Assembly: GCF_009914755.1 (NCBI RefSeq)
Contig: NC_060933.1
DNA length: 64,000 nucleotides
Reading direction: 5' to 3' (one strand)
Origin: the human T2T-CHM13v2.0 reference genome, Homo sapiens
Below the pieces are notes generated by a model, which made no database searches, was not told where the DNA came from, and saw only the letters and a program-made list of their open reading frames with translations. This document shows, piece by piece, positions 1-13,924 of the stretch (the first letter of the stretch is position 1; each line of letters opens with the position of its first letter). A program made the translations under genes and the position numbers.

Positions 1-86
1 TGGAATGGAATGGAATGGAATGGAATCAACCCGAGTACAATGGAATGGAATGCAATGGAATGGAATGGAATGGAATGCAATGGAAT

Positions 87-101
87 GGAATCTTCCGGAA
101 T
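87..101. promoter_or_regulatory. Heat-shock-element consensus match nGAAn-nTTCn-nGAAn (GGAATCTTCCGGAAT); example of roughly 35 copies
   Basis: The sequence reads GGAAT|CTTCC|GGAAT. It also occurs at 1442, 31772, 31822, 54156, 61915 and many other sites. HSF1 binding to satellite III is established; occupancy of these specific sites is not shown here. Confidence 0.45.
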
Positions 102-2315
102 TGAATGGAAAGGAATGGAAAGGAATGGAATGCAATGGATTCAACTCGATTGCAATGGAATGGAATAGAATGGAATGGAATGGAATTAAACCGAATAGAA
201 TGGAATGGAATGGAATGGAACGGAACGGAACGGAATGGAACGGAGTGGAATGGAATGGAATGGAATTGTATGGAATGGAATGGAATGGTACGGAATAGAA
301 TGGAATGCAAAGAATTGGAATGGAATGGAATGGAATGGAATGGAATGGAATGGAATCAACCAGAGTGCAGGGGAATGTAATGGAACGGAATGCAATGGAA
401 TGGAATCATCCGGAATGGAATGGAATGCAACGGAATGAAATGGAATGGAATGGAATGGAATGTAATGGAATGGAATCAACCCGAGTACAATGGAATGGAA
501 TGGAATGGAATGGAATGGAATGGAATGGAATGGAATGGAATGCCTTCAAACCGAATGGAATGGAAAGGAATGGAATCAACACGAATGGAATGGAATGGAA
601 TGGAATGGAATGGAATGGAATGGAATGGAATGGAATGGAATGATACGGAATAGAATGGAATGGAACGAAATGGAATGGAATGGAATGGAATGGAATGGAA
701 TGGAATGGAATGGAATGGAATCGTTCCGAGTGGAATAGGAGGGAATGTATTCGAGTGGAATGGAAAGGAATGGAATCAACCAGAGTGCAATGGAAGGGAA
801 TGGAATGGAATGGAAACTAATAGAATGGAATCAACCCGAGTGGAATGGAATGGAAAGGACTGGAATGGAATGGAATGGAATGGAATGGAATGGAATCAAC
901 TCGATTGTAATGGAATGGAATGGAATGGAATGGAATGGAATGGAATGGAATTAACCCGAATACAATGGAATGGAATGGAATGGAATGGAATGGAGTGGAA
1001 TGGAATGGAATCAACCCGAGTGCAGGGGAACGGAATGGAATGGAATGCAATGGAATGGAATCATCCGGAATGGAATGGAATGGAATGGAATGGAATCAAA
1101 CCGAGTGCAATGCAATGGAGTGGAATGGAATGGAATCAACCCGAGTGCAGGGGAATGGAATGGAATGGAATGCAATGGAATGGAATCATTGGTAATGGAA
1201 TGGAAAGGAATGGAATGGAATGGAATGGAATGGAATGGAATGGAATGGAATCAACACGATTGCAATCGAATGGAATGGAATGGAATTAACCCGAATAGAA
1301 TGGAATGGAATGGAATGGAACGGAACGGATTGGAATAGAATGGAATTGAACGGAACGGAATGGAATGGAATGGAATGGAATGGAATGGAATGGAATCAAC
1401 GTGAGTGCAGGGGAATGGAATGGAATGGAATGCAATGGAATGGAATCTTCCGGAATGGAATGGAATGGAATGGAATGGAATGAAATGCAATGGATTCAAC
1501 TCGATTGCAATGGAATGGAATAGAATGGAATGGAATGGAATGGAATGGAATTAATCCGAATTGAATGGAATGGAATGTAATGGAAAGGAATGGAACGGAA
1601 TGGAATGGAATGGAATGGTATGGAATGGAATGGAATGGTACGGAATAGAATGGAATGGAACGAATTGTAATGGAATGGAATTGAATGGAAAGGAATGGAA
1701 TGGAATCGAATCAACGAGAGTGCAGGGGAATGTAAAGGAACGGAATGCAATGTAAAGGAATCATACGGAATGGAATGGAATGGAATGGAATGGTATGGAA
1801 TCAACCCGAGTGCAATGGAATGGAGTGGAATGGAATGGAATGCAATGGAACAACCCGAATGGAATGGAATGTAATGGAGAGTAAGGGAGTTGAATAGAAT
1901 CAATCCGAATGTAATGGAATGGAATGCAACGGAATGGAATGGAATGGAATGGAATGGAATGGAATGCAATAGAATGGAATCAACTTGAGTACAATGGAAT
2001 GGAATGGAATGGAATGGAATGGAATGGAATAAAATGGAATGATACGGAATAGAATGGAATGGAACGAAATGGAATGGAATGGAAGGGAATGGAATGGAAT
2101 CGTTCCGAGTGCAATAGGAGGGAATGTATTCGAGTGGAATGGAAAGGAATGTAATCAACCAGAGTGGAATGGAAGGGAATGGAATGGAATGGAAACTAAT
2201 AGAATGGAATCAACCCAAGTGGAATGGAATGGAAAGGACTGGAATGGAATGGAATGGAATGGAATCAACTCGATTGTAATGGAATGGAATGGAATGGAAT
2301 GCAATGGAATGGAAT

Positions 2316-2720
2316 CAAACCGAGTGCAGGGGAATGGAATGGAATGGAATGCAATGGAATGGAATCATCCGGAATGGAATGGAATGGAATGGAATGGAAT
2401 GGAATGGAATGGAATCAACTCGATTGCAATGGAATGGAATGGAATGGAAAGGAATGGAAGGGAATGCAATGGAATGTAATCAACACGAGTGCAGGGGAAT
2501 GGAATGGAATGGAATGCAATGGAATGGAATCATCCGGAATGGAATGGAATGGAATGGAATGGAATGGAATGGAATGGTATCAACTCGATTGCAATGGAAT
2601 GGAATGGAATGGAAAGGAATGGAAGGGAATGGAATGGAATGTAATCAACCCGAGTGCAGGGGAATGGAATGGAATGGAATGCAATGGACTGGAATCATCC
2701 GGAATGGAATGGAATGGAAT
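2316..2720 (+). repeat. Internal 165-bp tandem repeat (about 2.4 copies); also at 9594 and 13512
   Basis: CAAnnCGAGTGCAGGGG words start at 2316, 2481 and 2646. Each of the first two is followed by CATCCGG, CAACTCGATTGC and GGAAAGGAATGGAAGGG. The same 165-bp spacing occurs at 13512/13677/13842. Confidence 0.85.
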
Positions 2721-4388
2721 GGAATGCAATCAACCCGATGCAATGGAATGGAGTGGAATGGAATGGAATGGAATGGAAACATCCCCAATGGAATAGAATG
2801 GAATGGAGTGTAAAGGAATTGAATAGAATCAATCCGAATGTAATGGAATGGAATGGAATGAAATGGAATGGAATGGAATGGAATGGAATCAACCCGAGTG
2901 CAATGGAATGGATTTGAATGGGATGGAATTGAATGGAATGGATTCAACAAGAATGGAATGGAAAGGAATGGAATCAACCCGAGTGTAATGGCATGGAATG
3001 GAATGGAATGGAATGGAATGGGATGGAATGGAATGGTACGGAATAGAATGGAATGGAATGAAATGGAATGGAATGGAATTTAATGGAATGGAATGGAATG
3101 AACCTGTGTGCAATGTAATGGAATGTAATGGAATGGAATGGATTCAACTCGAATGGAATCAACATGATTGCAATGGAATGGAATGGAATGGAAAGGAATA
3201 GAATGGAATCAACCCGAGTGGAATGGAATGGAAAGGACTGGAATGGAGTGGAATGGAATAGAATGGAATTTACCCGAATAGAATGGAATGGAATGGAATG
3301 GAACGGAATGTAATGGAATGGAATGGAATGGATTCAACCCGAGTGCAGGGGAATGGAATGGAATGGAATGCAATGGAATGGAATCATCCGGAATGGAATG
3401 GAATTGAATGGAATGGAATGGAATGGAATGTAATCAACTCGATTTCAATGGAATGGAATGGAATAGAATGGAATGGAATTAACACGAATAGAACGGAATG
3501 GAATTGAATGGAATGGAATGGAACGGAAAGGAATGGAATGGAATGGAATGGAATCAACCCAAGTGCAGGGGAATTGAATGGAATGGAATTCAATGGAATG
3601 GAATCATCCGGAATGGAATGGAATGGAATGGAATGGAATGGAATGGAATCAACACGAGTGCAATGGAATGGAGAGGAATGGAATGGAATGGAATGCAAAG
3701 TACCCGAATGGAATGGAATGTAATGGAGTGTAAGGGAATTGTATAGAATCAATCCGAAAGTAATGGAATGGAACGGAACGGAATGGAATGCAACGGAATG
3801 GAATCAACCCGACTGCAATCGAATTGAATCGAATGGAATGGAATGAAATGGAATGCATTCAACTTGAATGGAATGGAAAGAGTGGAATCAACACGAGTGG
3901 AATGGCATGGAATGGAATGGAATGGATTGAAATCAACCCGAGTACAGGGGAATGGAATGGAATGGAATGCAATGGAATGGAATCATCCGTAATGTAATGG
4001 AAAGGAATGGAATGGAATGGAATGGAATGGAATGGAATCAACTCGATTGCAATCGAATGGAATGCAATGGAATTAACCCGAATAGAATGGAATGGAATGG
4101 AATGGAACGGAACGGAAAGGAACGGAATGGAATGGAATGGAAGGGAATGGAATCGAACGGAACGGAATGGAATGGAATGGAATGGAATTGAAAGGAATAA
4201 ATGTCAGTGCAGGGGAATGGAATGGAATGGAATGCAATGGAATGGAATCTTCCGGAATGGAATGGAATGGAATGGAATGGAATGGAATGCAATGGATTCA
4301 ACTCGATTGCAATGGAATGGAATAGAATGGAATGGAATGGAATGGAATGGAATGGAATTAACCCGAATAGAATGGAATGGAATGGAAT

Positions 4389-4423
4389 GGAACGGAACGG
4401 AACGGAACGGAACGGAACGGAAC
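4389..4423 (+). repeat. (GGAAC)7 variant-pentamer microsatellite
   Basis: Seven consecutive GGAAC units read directly; the run recurs in the second 7.28-kb copy near 11667. Confidence 0.85.
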
Positions 4424-7400
4424 GGAATGGAATGGAATGGAATGCAATGGAATTGTATGGAATGGAATGGAATGGTACGGAATAGAATGGAATGGAAAGA
4501 ATTGGAATGGAATGGAATCGAATGGAATGGAATGGAATGGAATGGAATCAACCCGAATGCACGGGAATGGAATGGAATGTAATGCAATGGAATGGAATCA
4601 TCCGTAATAGAATGGAATGGACTCAACCCGAGTGCAGGGGAATGGAATGGAATGTAATGCAATGGAATGGAATCATCCGTAATGGAATGGAAAGGAATGG
4701 AATGGAATGGAATGGAATGGAATGGAATGGAATGGAATCAACTCGATTGCAATCGAATGGAATGGAATGGAATTAACCCGAATAGAATGGAATGGAATGG
4801 AACGGAACGGAACGGAACGGAATGGAATGGAATGGAATGGAACGGAACGGAACGGAATGGAATGGAATGGAATGGAATGGAATGGAATGGAATCAAAGCG
4901 AGTGCAGGGGAATGGAATGGAATGGATTGCAATGGAATGGAATCAACCGGAATGGAATGGAATGGAATGGAATGGAATGGAATGGAATGGAATGGAATGG
5001 AATGGAATCGTTCCGAGTGGAATAGGAGGGAATGTATTCGAGTGGAATGGAAAGGAATGGAATCAACCAGAGAGGAATGGAAGGGAATGGAATGGACTGG
5101 AAACTAATAGAATGGAATCAACCCGAGTGGAATGGAATGGAAAGGAATGGAATGGAATGGAATGGAATGGAATGGAATGGAATGGAATCAACTCGATTGT
5201 AATGGAATGGAATGGAATGGAATGGAATGGAATGGAATGGAATGGAATTAACCCGAATTCAATGGAATGGAATGGAATGGAACGGAATGGAGTGGAATGG
5301 AATGCAATCAACCCGAGTGCAGGGGAATGGAACGGAATGGAATGCAATGGAATGGAATCATCCGGAAGGGAATGGAATGGAATGGAATGGAATGGAATGG
5401 AATGGAATTAACCCGAGTGCAATGGAATGGAGTGGAATGAAATGGAATGGAATGGAACAACCCGAAAGGAATGGAATGTAATGGAGAGTAAGGGAGTTGA
5501 ATAGAATCAATCCGAATGTAATGGAATGGAATGGAAGGGAATGGAATGGAATGGAATGCAATGGAATGGAATGGAATGCAATGGAATGGAATCAACCCGA
5601 GTGCAATCGAATGGAATCGAATGGAATGGAATACAATGGAATGGATTCAACTTGAATGGAATGGAAAGAATGGAATCAACACGAGTGGAATGGCATGGAT
5701 TGGAATGGAATGGAATGGAATCAACCCGAGTACAGGGGAATGGAATGGAATGGAATGCAATGGAATGGAATCATCCGTAATGGAATGGAAAGGAATGGAA
5801 TGGAATGGAATGGAATGGAATGGAATGGAATGGAATGAAATCAACTCGATTGCAATCAAATGGAATGGAATGGAATTAACCCGAATAGAATGGCATGGAA
5901 TGGAATGGAACGGAACGGAATGGAATGGAATGGAATGGAACGGAACGGAATGGAATGGAATGGAATGGAATGGAATGGAATGGAATCAACGCGAGTGCAG
6001 GGGAATGGAATGGAATGGAATGCAATGGAATGGAATCTTCCGGAATGGAATGGAATGGAATAGAATGGAATGAAATGCAATGGATTCAACTCGATTGCAA
6101 TGGAATGGAATAGAATGGAATGGAATGGAATGGAATGGAATGGAATGGAATGGAATTAACCCGAATAGAATGGAATGAAATGGAATGGAACGGAATGGAA
6201 CGGAATGGAATGGAATGGAATGCAATGGAATGGTACGGAATGGAATGCAATGGTACGGAATAGAATGAAATGGAACGAATTGTAATGGAATGGAATTGAA
6301 TGGAATGGAATGGAATGGAATCAACGCGAGTGCAGGGGAATGTAATGGAACGGAATGCAATGGAATGGAATCATCCGGAATGGAATGGAATGGAATGGAA
6401 TGGAATGGAATCAACCCGAGTGCAATTGAATGGAGTGGAATGGAATGGAATGGAATGGAACAACCCGAATGGAATGGAATGTAATGGAGAGTAAGGGAGT
6501 TGAATAGAATCAATCCGAATGTAATGGAATGGAATGCAACGGAATGGAATGGAATGTAATGGAATGGAATGCAATGGAATAGAATCAACCCGAGTACAAA
6601 GGAATGGAATGGAATGGAATGGAATACCTTCAAACCGAATGGAATGGAAAGGAATGGAATCAACACGAGCGGAATGGAATGGAATGGAATGGAATGGAAT
6701 GGAATGGAATGATACGGAATAGAATGGAATGGAACAAAATGGAATGAAATGGAATGGAATGGAATGGAATGGAATGGAATGGAATGGAATGGAATGGAAT
6801 CGTTCCGAGTGGAATAGGAGGGAATGTATTCGAGTGGAATGGAAAGGAATGGAATCAACCAGAGTGGAATGGAAGGGAATGGAATGGAATGGAAACTAAT
6901 AGAATGGAATCAACCCGAGTGGAATGGAATGGAAAGGACAGGAATGGAAAGGAATGGAATGGAATGGAATGGAATGGAATGGAATGGAACGGAATCAACG
7001 CGAGTGCAGGGGAATGGAATAGAATCGAATGGAATGGAATGGAATGGAATGGAATCAACCCGAGTGCAGGGGAATGTAATGGAACGGAATGCAATGGAAT
7101 GGAATCATTCGGAATGGAATGGAATGGAATGGAATGGAATCAACCCGAGTGCAATGGAATGGAGTGGAATGGAATGGAATGGAATTGAAAGGAACAACCC
7201 GAATGGAATGGAATGTAATGGAGAGTAAGGGAGTTGAAAAGAATCAATGCGAATGTAATGGAATGGAATGGATCGGAATGGAATGCAATGGAATGGAATG
7301 GAATGGAATGGAATGGAATCAACCCGAGTACAATGGAATGGAATGCAATGGAATGGAATGGAATGGAATGCAATGGAATGGAATCTTCCGGAATTGAATG

Positions 7401-10400
7401 GAAAGGAATGGAAAGGAATGGAATGCAATGGATTCAACTCGATTGCAATGGAATGGAATAGAATGGAATGGAATGGAATTAAACCGAATAGAATGGAATG
7501 GAATGGAATGGAACGGAACGGAACGGAATGGAACGGAGTGGAATGGAATGGAATGGAATTGTATGGAATGGAATGGAATGGTACGGAATAGAATGGAATG
7601 CAAAGAATTGGAATGGAATGGAATGGAATGGAATGGAATGGAATGGAATCAACCAGAGTGCAGGGGAATGTAATGGAACGGAATGCAATGGAATGGAATC
7701 ATCCGGAATGGAATGGAATGCAACGGAATGAAATGGAATGGAATGGAATGGAATGTAATGGAATGGAATCAACCCGAGTACAATGGAATGGAATGGAATG
7801 GAATGGAATGGAATGGAATGGAATGGAATGGAATGCCTTCAAACCGAATGGAATGGAAAGGAATGGAATCAACACGAATGGAATGGAATGGAATGGAATG
7901 GAATGGAATGGAATGGAATGGAATGATACGGAATAGAATGGAATGGAACGAAATGGAATGGAATGGAATGGAATGGAATGGAATGGAATGGAATGGAATG
8001 GAATCGTTCCGAGTGGAATAGGAGGGAATGTATTCGAGTGGAATGGAAAGGAATGGAATCAACCAGAGTGCAATGGAAGGGAATGGAATGGAATGGAAAC
8101 TAATAGAATGGAATCAACCCGAGTGGAATGGAATGGAAAGGACTGGAATGGAATGGAATGGAATGGAATGGAATGGAATCAACTCGATTGTAATGGAATG
8201 GAATGGAATGGAATGGAATGGAATGGAATGGAATTAACCCGAATACAATGGAATGGAATGGAATGGAATGGAATGGAGTGGAATGGAATGGAATCAACCC
8301 GAGTGCAGGGGAACGGAATGGAATGGAATGCAATGGAATGGAATCATCCGGAATGGAATGGAATGGAATGGAATGGAATCAAACCGAGTGCAATGCAATG
8401 GAGTGGAATGGAATGGAATCAACCCGAGTGCAGGGGAATGGAATGGAATGGAATGCAATGGAATGGAATCATTGGTAATGGAATGGAAAGGAATGGAATG
8501 GAATGGAATGGAATGGAATGGAATGGAATCAACACGATTGCAATCGAATGGAATGGAATGGAATTAACCCGAATAGAATGGAATGGAATGGAATGGAACG
8601 GAACGGATTGGAATAGAATGGAATTGAACGGAACGGAATGGAATGGAATGGAATGGAATGGAATGGAATGGAATCAACGTGAGTGCAGGGGAATGGAATG
8701 GAATGGAATGCAATGGAATGGAATCTTCCGGAATGGAATGGAATGGAATGGAATGGAATGAAATGCAATGGATTCAACTCGATTGCAATGGAATGGAATA
8801 GAATGGAATGGAATGGAATGGAATGGAATTAATCCGAATTGAATGGAATGGAATGTAATGGAAAGGAATGGAACGGAATGGAATGGAATGGAATGGTATG
8901 GAATGGAATGGAATGGTACGGAATAGAATGGAATGGAACGAATTGTAATGGAATGGAATTGAATGGAAAGGAATGGAATGGAATCGAATCAACGAGAGTG
9001 CAGGGGAATGTAAAGGAACGGAATGCAATGTAAAGGAATCATACGGAATGGAATGGAATGGAATGGAATGGTATGGAATCAACCCGAGTGCAATGGAATG
9101 GAGTGGAATGGAATGGAATGCAATGGAACAACCCGAATGGAATGGAATGTAATGGAGAGTAAGGGAGTTGAATAGAATCAATCCGAATGTAATGGAATGG
9201 AATGCAACGGAATGGAATGGAATGGAATGGAATGGAATGGAATGCAATAGAATGGAATCAACTTGAGTACAATGGAATGGAATGGAATGGAATGGAATGG
9301 AATGGAATAAAATGGAATGATACGGAATAGAATGGAATGGAACGAAATGGAATGGAATGGAAGGGAATGGAATGGAATCGTTCCGAGTGCAATAGGAGGG
9401 AATGTATTCGAGTGGAATGGAAAGGAATGTAATCAACCAGAGTGGAATGGAAGGGAATGGAATGGAATGGAAACTAATAGAATGGAATCAACCCAAGTGG
9501 AATGGAATGGAAAGGACTGGAATGGAATGGAATGGAATGGAATCAACTCGATTGTAATGGAATGGAATGGAATGGAATGCAATGGAATGGAATCAACCCG
9601 AGTGCAGGGGAATGGAATGGAATGGAATGCAATGGAATGGAATCATCCGGAATGGAATGGAATGGAATGGAATGGAATGGAATGGAATGGAATCAACTCG
9701 ATTGCAATGGAATGGAATGGAATGGAAAGGAATGGAAGGGAATGCAATGGAATGTAATCAACACGAGTGCAGGGGAATGGAATGGAATGGAATGCAATGG
9801 AATGGAATCATCCGGAATGGAATGGAATGGAATGGAATGGAATGGAATGGAATGGTATCAACTCGATTGCAATGGAATGGAATGGAATGGAAAGGAATGG
9901 AAGGGAATGGAATGGAATGTAATCAACCCGAGTGCAGGGGAATGGAATGGAATGGAATGCAATGGACTGGAATCATCCGGAATGGAATGGAATGGAATGG
10001 AATGCAATCAACCCGATGCAATGGAATGGAGTGGAATGGAATGGAATGGAATGGAAACATCCCCAATGGAATAGAATGGAATGGAGTGTAAAGGAATTGA
10101 ATAGAATCAATCCGAATGTAATGGAATGGAATGGAATGAAATGGAATGGAATGGAATGGAATGGAATCAACCCGAGTGCAATGGAATGGATTTGAATGGG
10201 ATGGAATTGAATGGAATGGATTCAACAAGAATGGAATGGAAAGGAATGGAATCAACCCGAGTGTAATGGCATGGAATGGAATGGAATGGAATGGAATGGG
10301 ATGGAATGGAATGGTACGGAATAGAATGGAATGGAATGAAATGGAATGGAATGGAATTTAATGGAATGGAATGGAATGAACCTGTGTGCAATGTAATGGA

Positions 10401-13400
10401 ATGTAATGGAATGGAATGGATTCAACTCGAATGGAATCAACATGATTGCAATGGAATGGAATGGAATGGAAAGGAATAGAATGGAATCAACCCGAGTGGA
10501 ATGGAATGGAAAGGACTGGAATGGAGTGGAATGGAATAGAATGGAATTTACCCGAATAGAATGGAATGGAATGGAATGGAACGGAATGTAATGGAATGGA
10601 ATGGAATGGATTCAACCCGAGTGCAGGGGAATGGAATGGAATGGAATGCAATGGAATGGAATCATCCGGAATGGAATGGAATTGAATGGAATGGAATGGA
10701 ATGGAATGTAATCAACTCGATTTCAATGGAATGGAATGGAATAGAATGGAATGGAATTAACACGAATAGAACGGAATGGAATTGAATGGAATGGAATGGA
10801 ACGGAAAGGAATGGAATGGAATGGAATGGAATCAACCCAAGTGCAGGGGAATTGAATGGAATGGAATTCAATGGAATGGAATCATCCGGAATGGAATGGA
10901 ATGGAATGGAATGGAATGGAATGGAATCAACACGAGTGCAATGGAATGGAGAGGAATGGAATGGAATGGAATGCAAAGTACCCGAATGGAATGGAATGTA
11001 ATGGAGTGTAAGGGAATTGTATAGAATCAATCCGAAAGTAATGGAATGGAACGGAACGGAATGGAATGCAACGGAATGGAATCAACCCGACTGCAATCGA
11101 ATTGAATCGAATGGAATGGAATGAAATGGAATGCATTCAACTTGAATGGAATGGAAAGAGTGGAATCAACACGAGTGGAATGGCATGGAATGGAATGGAA
11201 TGGATTGAAATCAACCCGAGTACAGGGGAATGGAATGGAATGGAATGCAATGGAATGGAATCATCCGTAATGTAATGGAAAGGAATGGAATGGAATGGAA
11301 TGGAATGGAATGGAATCAACTCGATTGCAATCGAATGGAATGCAATGGAATTAACCCGAATAGAATGGAATGGAATGGAATGGAACGGAACGGAAAGGAA
11401 CGGAATGGAATGGAATGGAAGGGAATGGAATCGAACGGAACGGAATGGAATGGAATGGAATGGAATTGAAAGGAATAAATGTCAGTGCAGGGGAATGGAA
11501 TGGAATGGAATGCAATGGAATGGAATCTTCCGGAATGGAATGGAATGGAATGGAATGGAATGGAATGCAATGGATTCAACTCGATTGCAATGGAATGGAA
11601 TAGAATGGAATGGAATGGAATGGAATGGAATGGAATTAACCCGAATAGAATGGAATGGAATGGAATGGAACGGAACGGAACGGAACGGAACGGAACGGAA
11701 CGGAATGGAATGGAATGGAATGCAATGGAATTGTATGGAATGGAATGGAATGGTACGGAATAGAATGGAATGGAAAGAATTGGAATGGAATGGAATCGAA
11801 TGGAATGGAATGGAATGGAATGGAATCAACCCGAATGCACGGGAATGGAATGGAATGTAATGCAATGGAATGGAATCATCCGTAATAGAATGGAATGGAC
11901 TCAACCCGAGTGCAGGGGAATGGAATGGAATGTAATGCAATGGAATGGAATCATCCGTAATGGAATGGAAAGGAATGGAATGGAATGGAATGGAATGGAA
12001 TGGAATGGAATGGAATCAACTCGATTGCAATCGAATGGAATGGAATGGAATTAACCCGAATAGAATGGAATGGAATGGAACGGAACGGAACGGAACGGAA
12101 TGGAATGGAATGGAATGGAACGGAACGGAACGGAATGGAATGGAATGGAATGGAATGGAATGGAATGGAATCAAAGCGAGTGCAGGGGAATGGAATGGAA
12201 TGGATTGCAATGGAATGGAATCAACCGGAATGGAATGGAATGGAATGGAATGGAATGGAATGGAATGGAATGGAATCGTTCCGAGTGGAATAGGAGGGAA
12301 TGTATTCGAGTGGAATGGAAAGGAATGGAATCAACCAGAGAGGAATGGAAGGGAATGGAATGGACTGGAAACTAATAGAATGGAATCAACCCGAGTGGAA
12401 TGGAATGGAAAGGAATGGAATGGAATGGAATGGAATGGAATGGAATGGAATGGAATCAACTCGATTGTAATGGAATGGAATGGAATGGAATGGAATGGAA
12501 TGGAATGGAATTAACCCGAATTCAATGGAATGGAATGGAATGGAACGGAATGGAGTGGAATGGAATGCAATCAACCCGAGTGCAGGGGAATGGAACGGAA
12601 TGGAATGCAATGGAATGGAATCATCCGGAAGGGAATGGAATGGAATGGAATGCAAAGCAATGGAATCAACTCGATTGCAATGGAATGGAATGGAATGGAA
12701 AGGAATAGAATAGAATCAACCCGAGTGGAATGGAATTGAAAGGACTGGAATGGAGTGGAATGGAATGGAACAGAATGGAATGGAATCAACTCGATTGGAA
12801 TGGAGTGGAATGGAATTTGAATGGAATGGAATGGAATTAACCCGAATAGAATGGAATGGAATGGAATGGAAAGGAATGGAATGGAATGGAATGGAATGCA
12901 ATTAACCCGAATAGAATGGAATGGAATGGAATGGAAAGGAATGCAAGGGAATGGAATGGAATGTAATCAACCCGAGTGCAGGGGAATGGAATGGAATTGA
13001 ATGCAATGGAATGGAATCATCTGGAATGGAATGGAATGGAATGGAATGGAATGGAATGGAATGGAATGAACCCGATGCAATGGAATGGAATGGAATGGAA
13101 TGGAATGGAATGGAAACATCCCGAATGGAATGGAATGTAATGGAGTGTAAGGGAATTGAATAGAATCAGTCCGAATGTAATGGAATGGAATGTAATGAAA
13201 TGGAATGGAATGGAATGGAATGGAATCAAACCGAGTGCAATGGAATGGATTCGAATGGAATGGAATGGAATGGAAAGGAATAGAATGGAATCAACCCGAG
13301 TGGAATGGAATGGAAAGGACTGGAATGGACTGGAATGGAATGGAATGGAATGGATTCAAATCGATTGGAATGGAATGGAATGGAATGGAATGGAATCAAC

Positions 13401-13924
13401 TCGATTGCAATGGAATGGAATGGAATGGAATGGAATGGAATGGAATTAACCCGAATAGAATGGAATGGAATGGAATGGAACGGAATGTAATGGAATGAAA
13501 TGGAATGGAATCAACCCGAGTGCAGGGGAATGGAATGGAATGGAATGCAATGGAATGGAATCATCCGGAATGGAATGGAATGGAATGGAATGGAATGGAA
13601 TGGAATGGAATCAACTCGATTGCAATGGAATGGAATGGAATGGAAAGGAATGGAAGGGAATGGAATGGAATGTAATCAACACGAGTGCAGGGGAATGGAA
13701 TGGAATGGAATGCAATGGAATGGAATCATCCGGAATGGAATGGAATGGAATGGAATGGAATGGAATGGAATGGAATCAACTCGATTGCAATGGAATGGAA
13801 TGGAATGGAAAGGAATGGAAGGGAATGGAATGGAATGTAATCAACCCGAGTGCAGGGGAATGGAATGGAATGGAATGCAATGGAATGGAATCATCCGGAA
13901 TGGAATGGAATGGAATGGAATGCA

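Larger units (their letters stand above)
1..12650 (+). repeat. Recent tandem duplication, period about 7.28 kb (1-~5390 repeated at 7294-~12650)
   Basis: Identical ORF translations recur at offsets 7293 (26/7319), 7283 (745/8028) and 7278 (1251/8529, 4204/11482). Rare markers recur, e.g. CATCCCCAAT, GAACCTGTGTGC, GCAAAGTACCCG, AATAAATGTCAGTGC. Identity ends just after CATCCGGAAGGG (5359 vs 12622). Confidence 0.93.

Noticed and set aside
720-800. CGTTCCGAGTGGAATAGGAGGG purine-rich word as a Shine-Dalgarno site or G-quadruplex
   Set aside because: The context is eukaryotic satellite with no real CDS, and there are too few closely spaced G3 tracts for a canonical G4.
1875-1912. GAGAGTAAGGGAGTTGAATAGAATCAATCC as a possible inserted element, splice donor (GTAAG) or DUX4 site
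   Set aside because: It stays in pentamer register as degenerate GGAAT units and recurs dozens of times as part of the satellite vocabulary. It is only a partial match to the DUX4 consensus and has no exon context.
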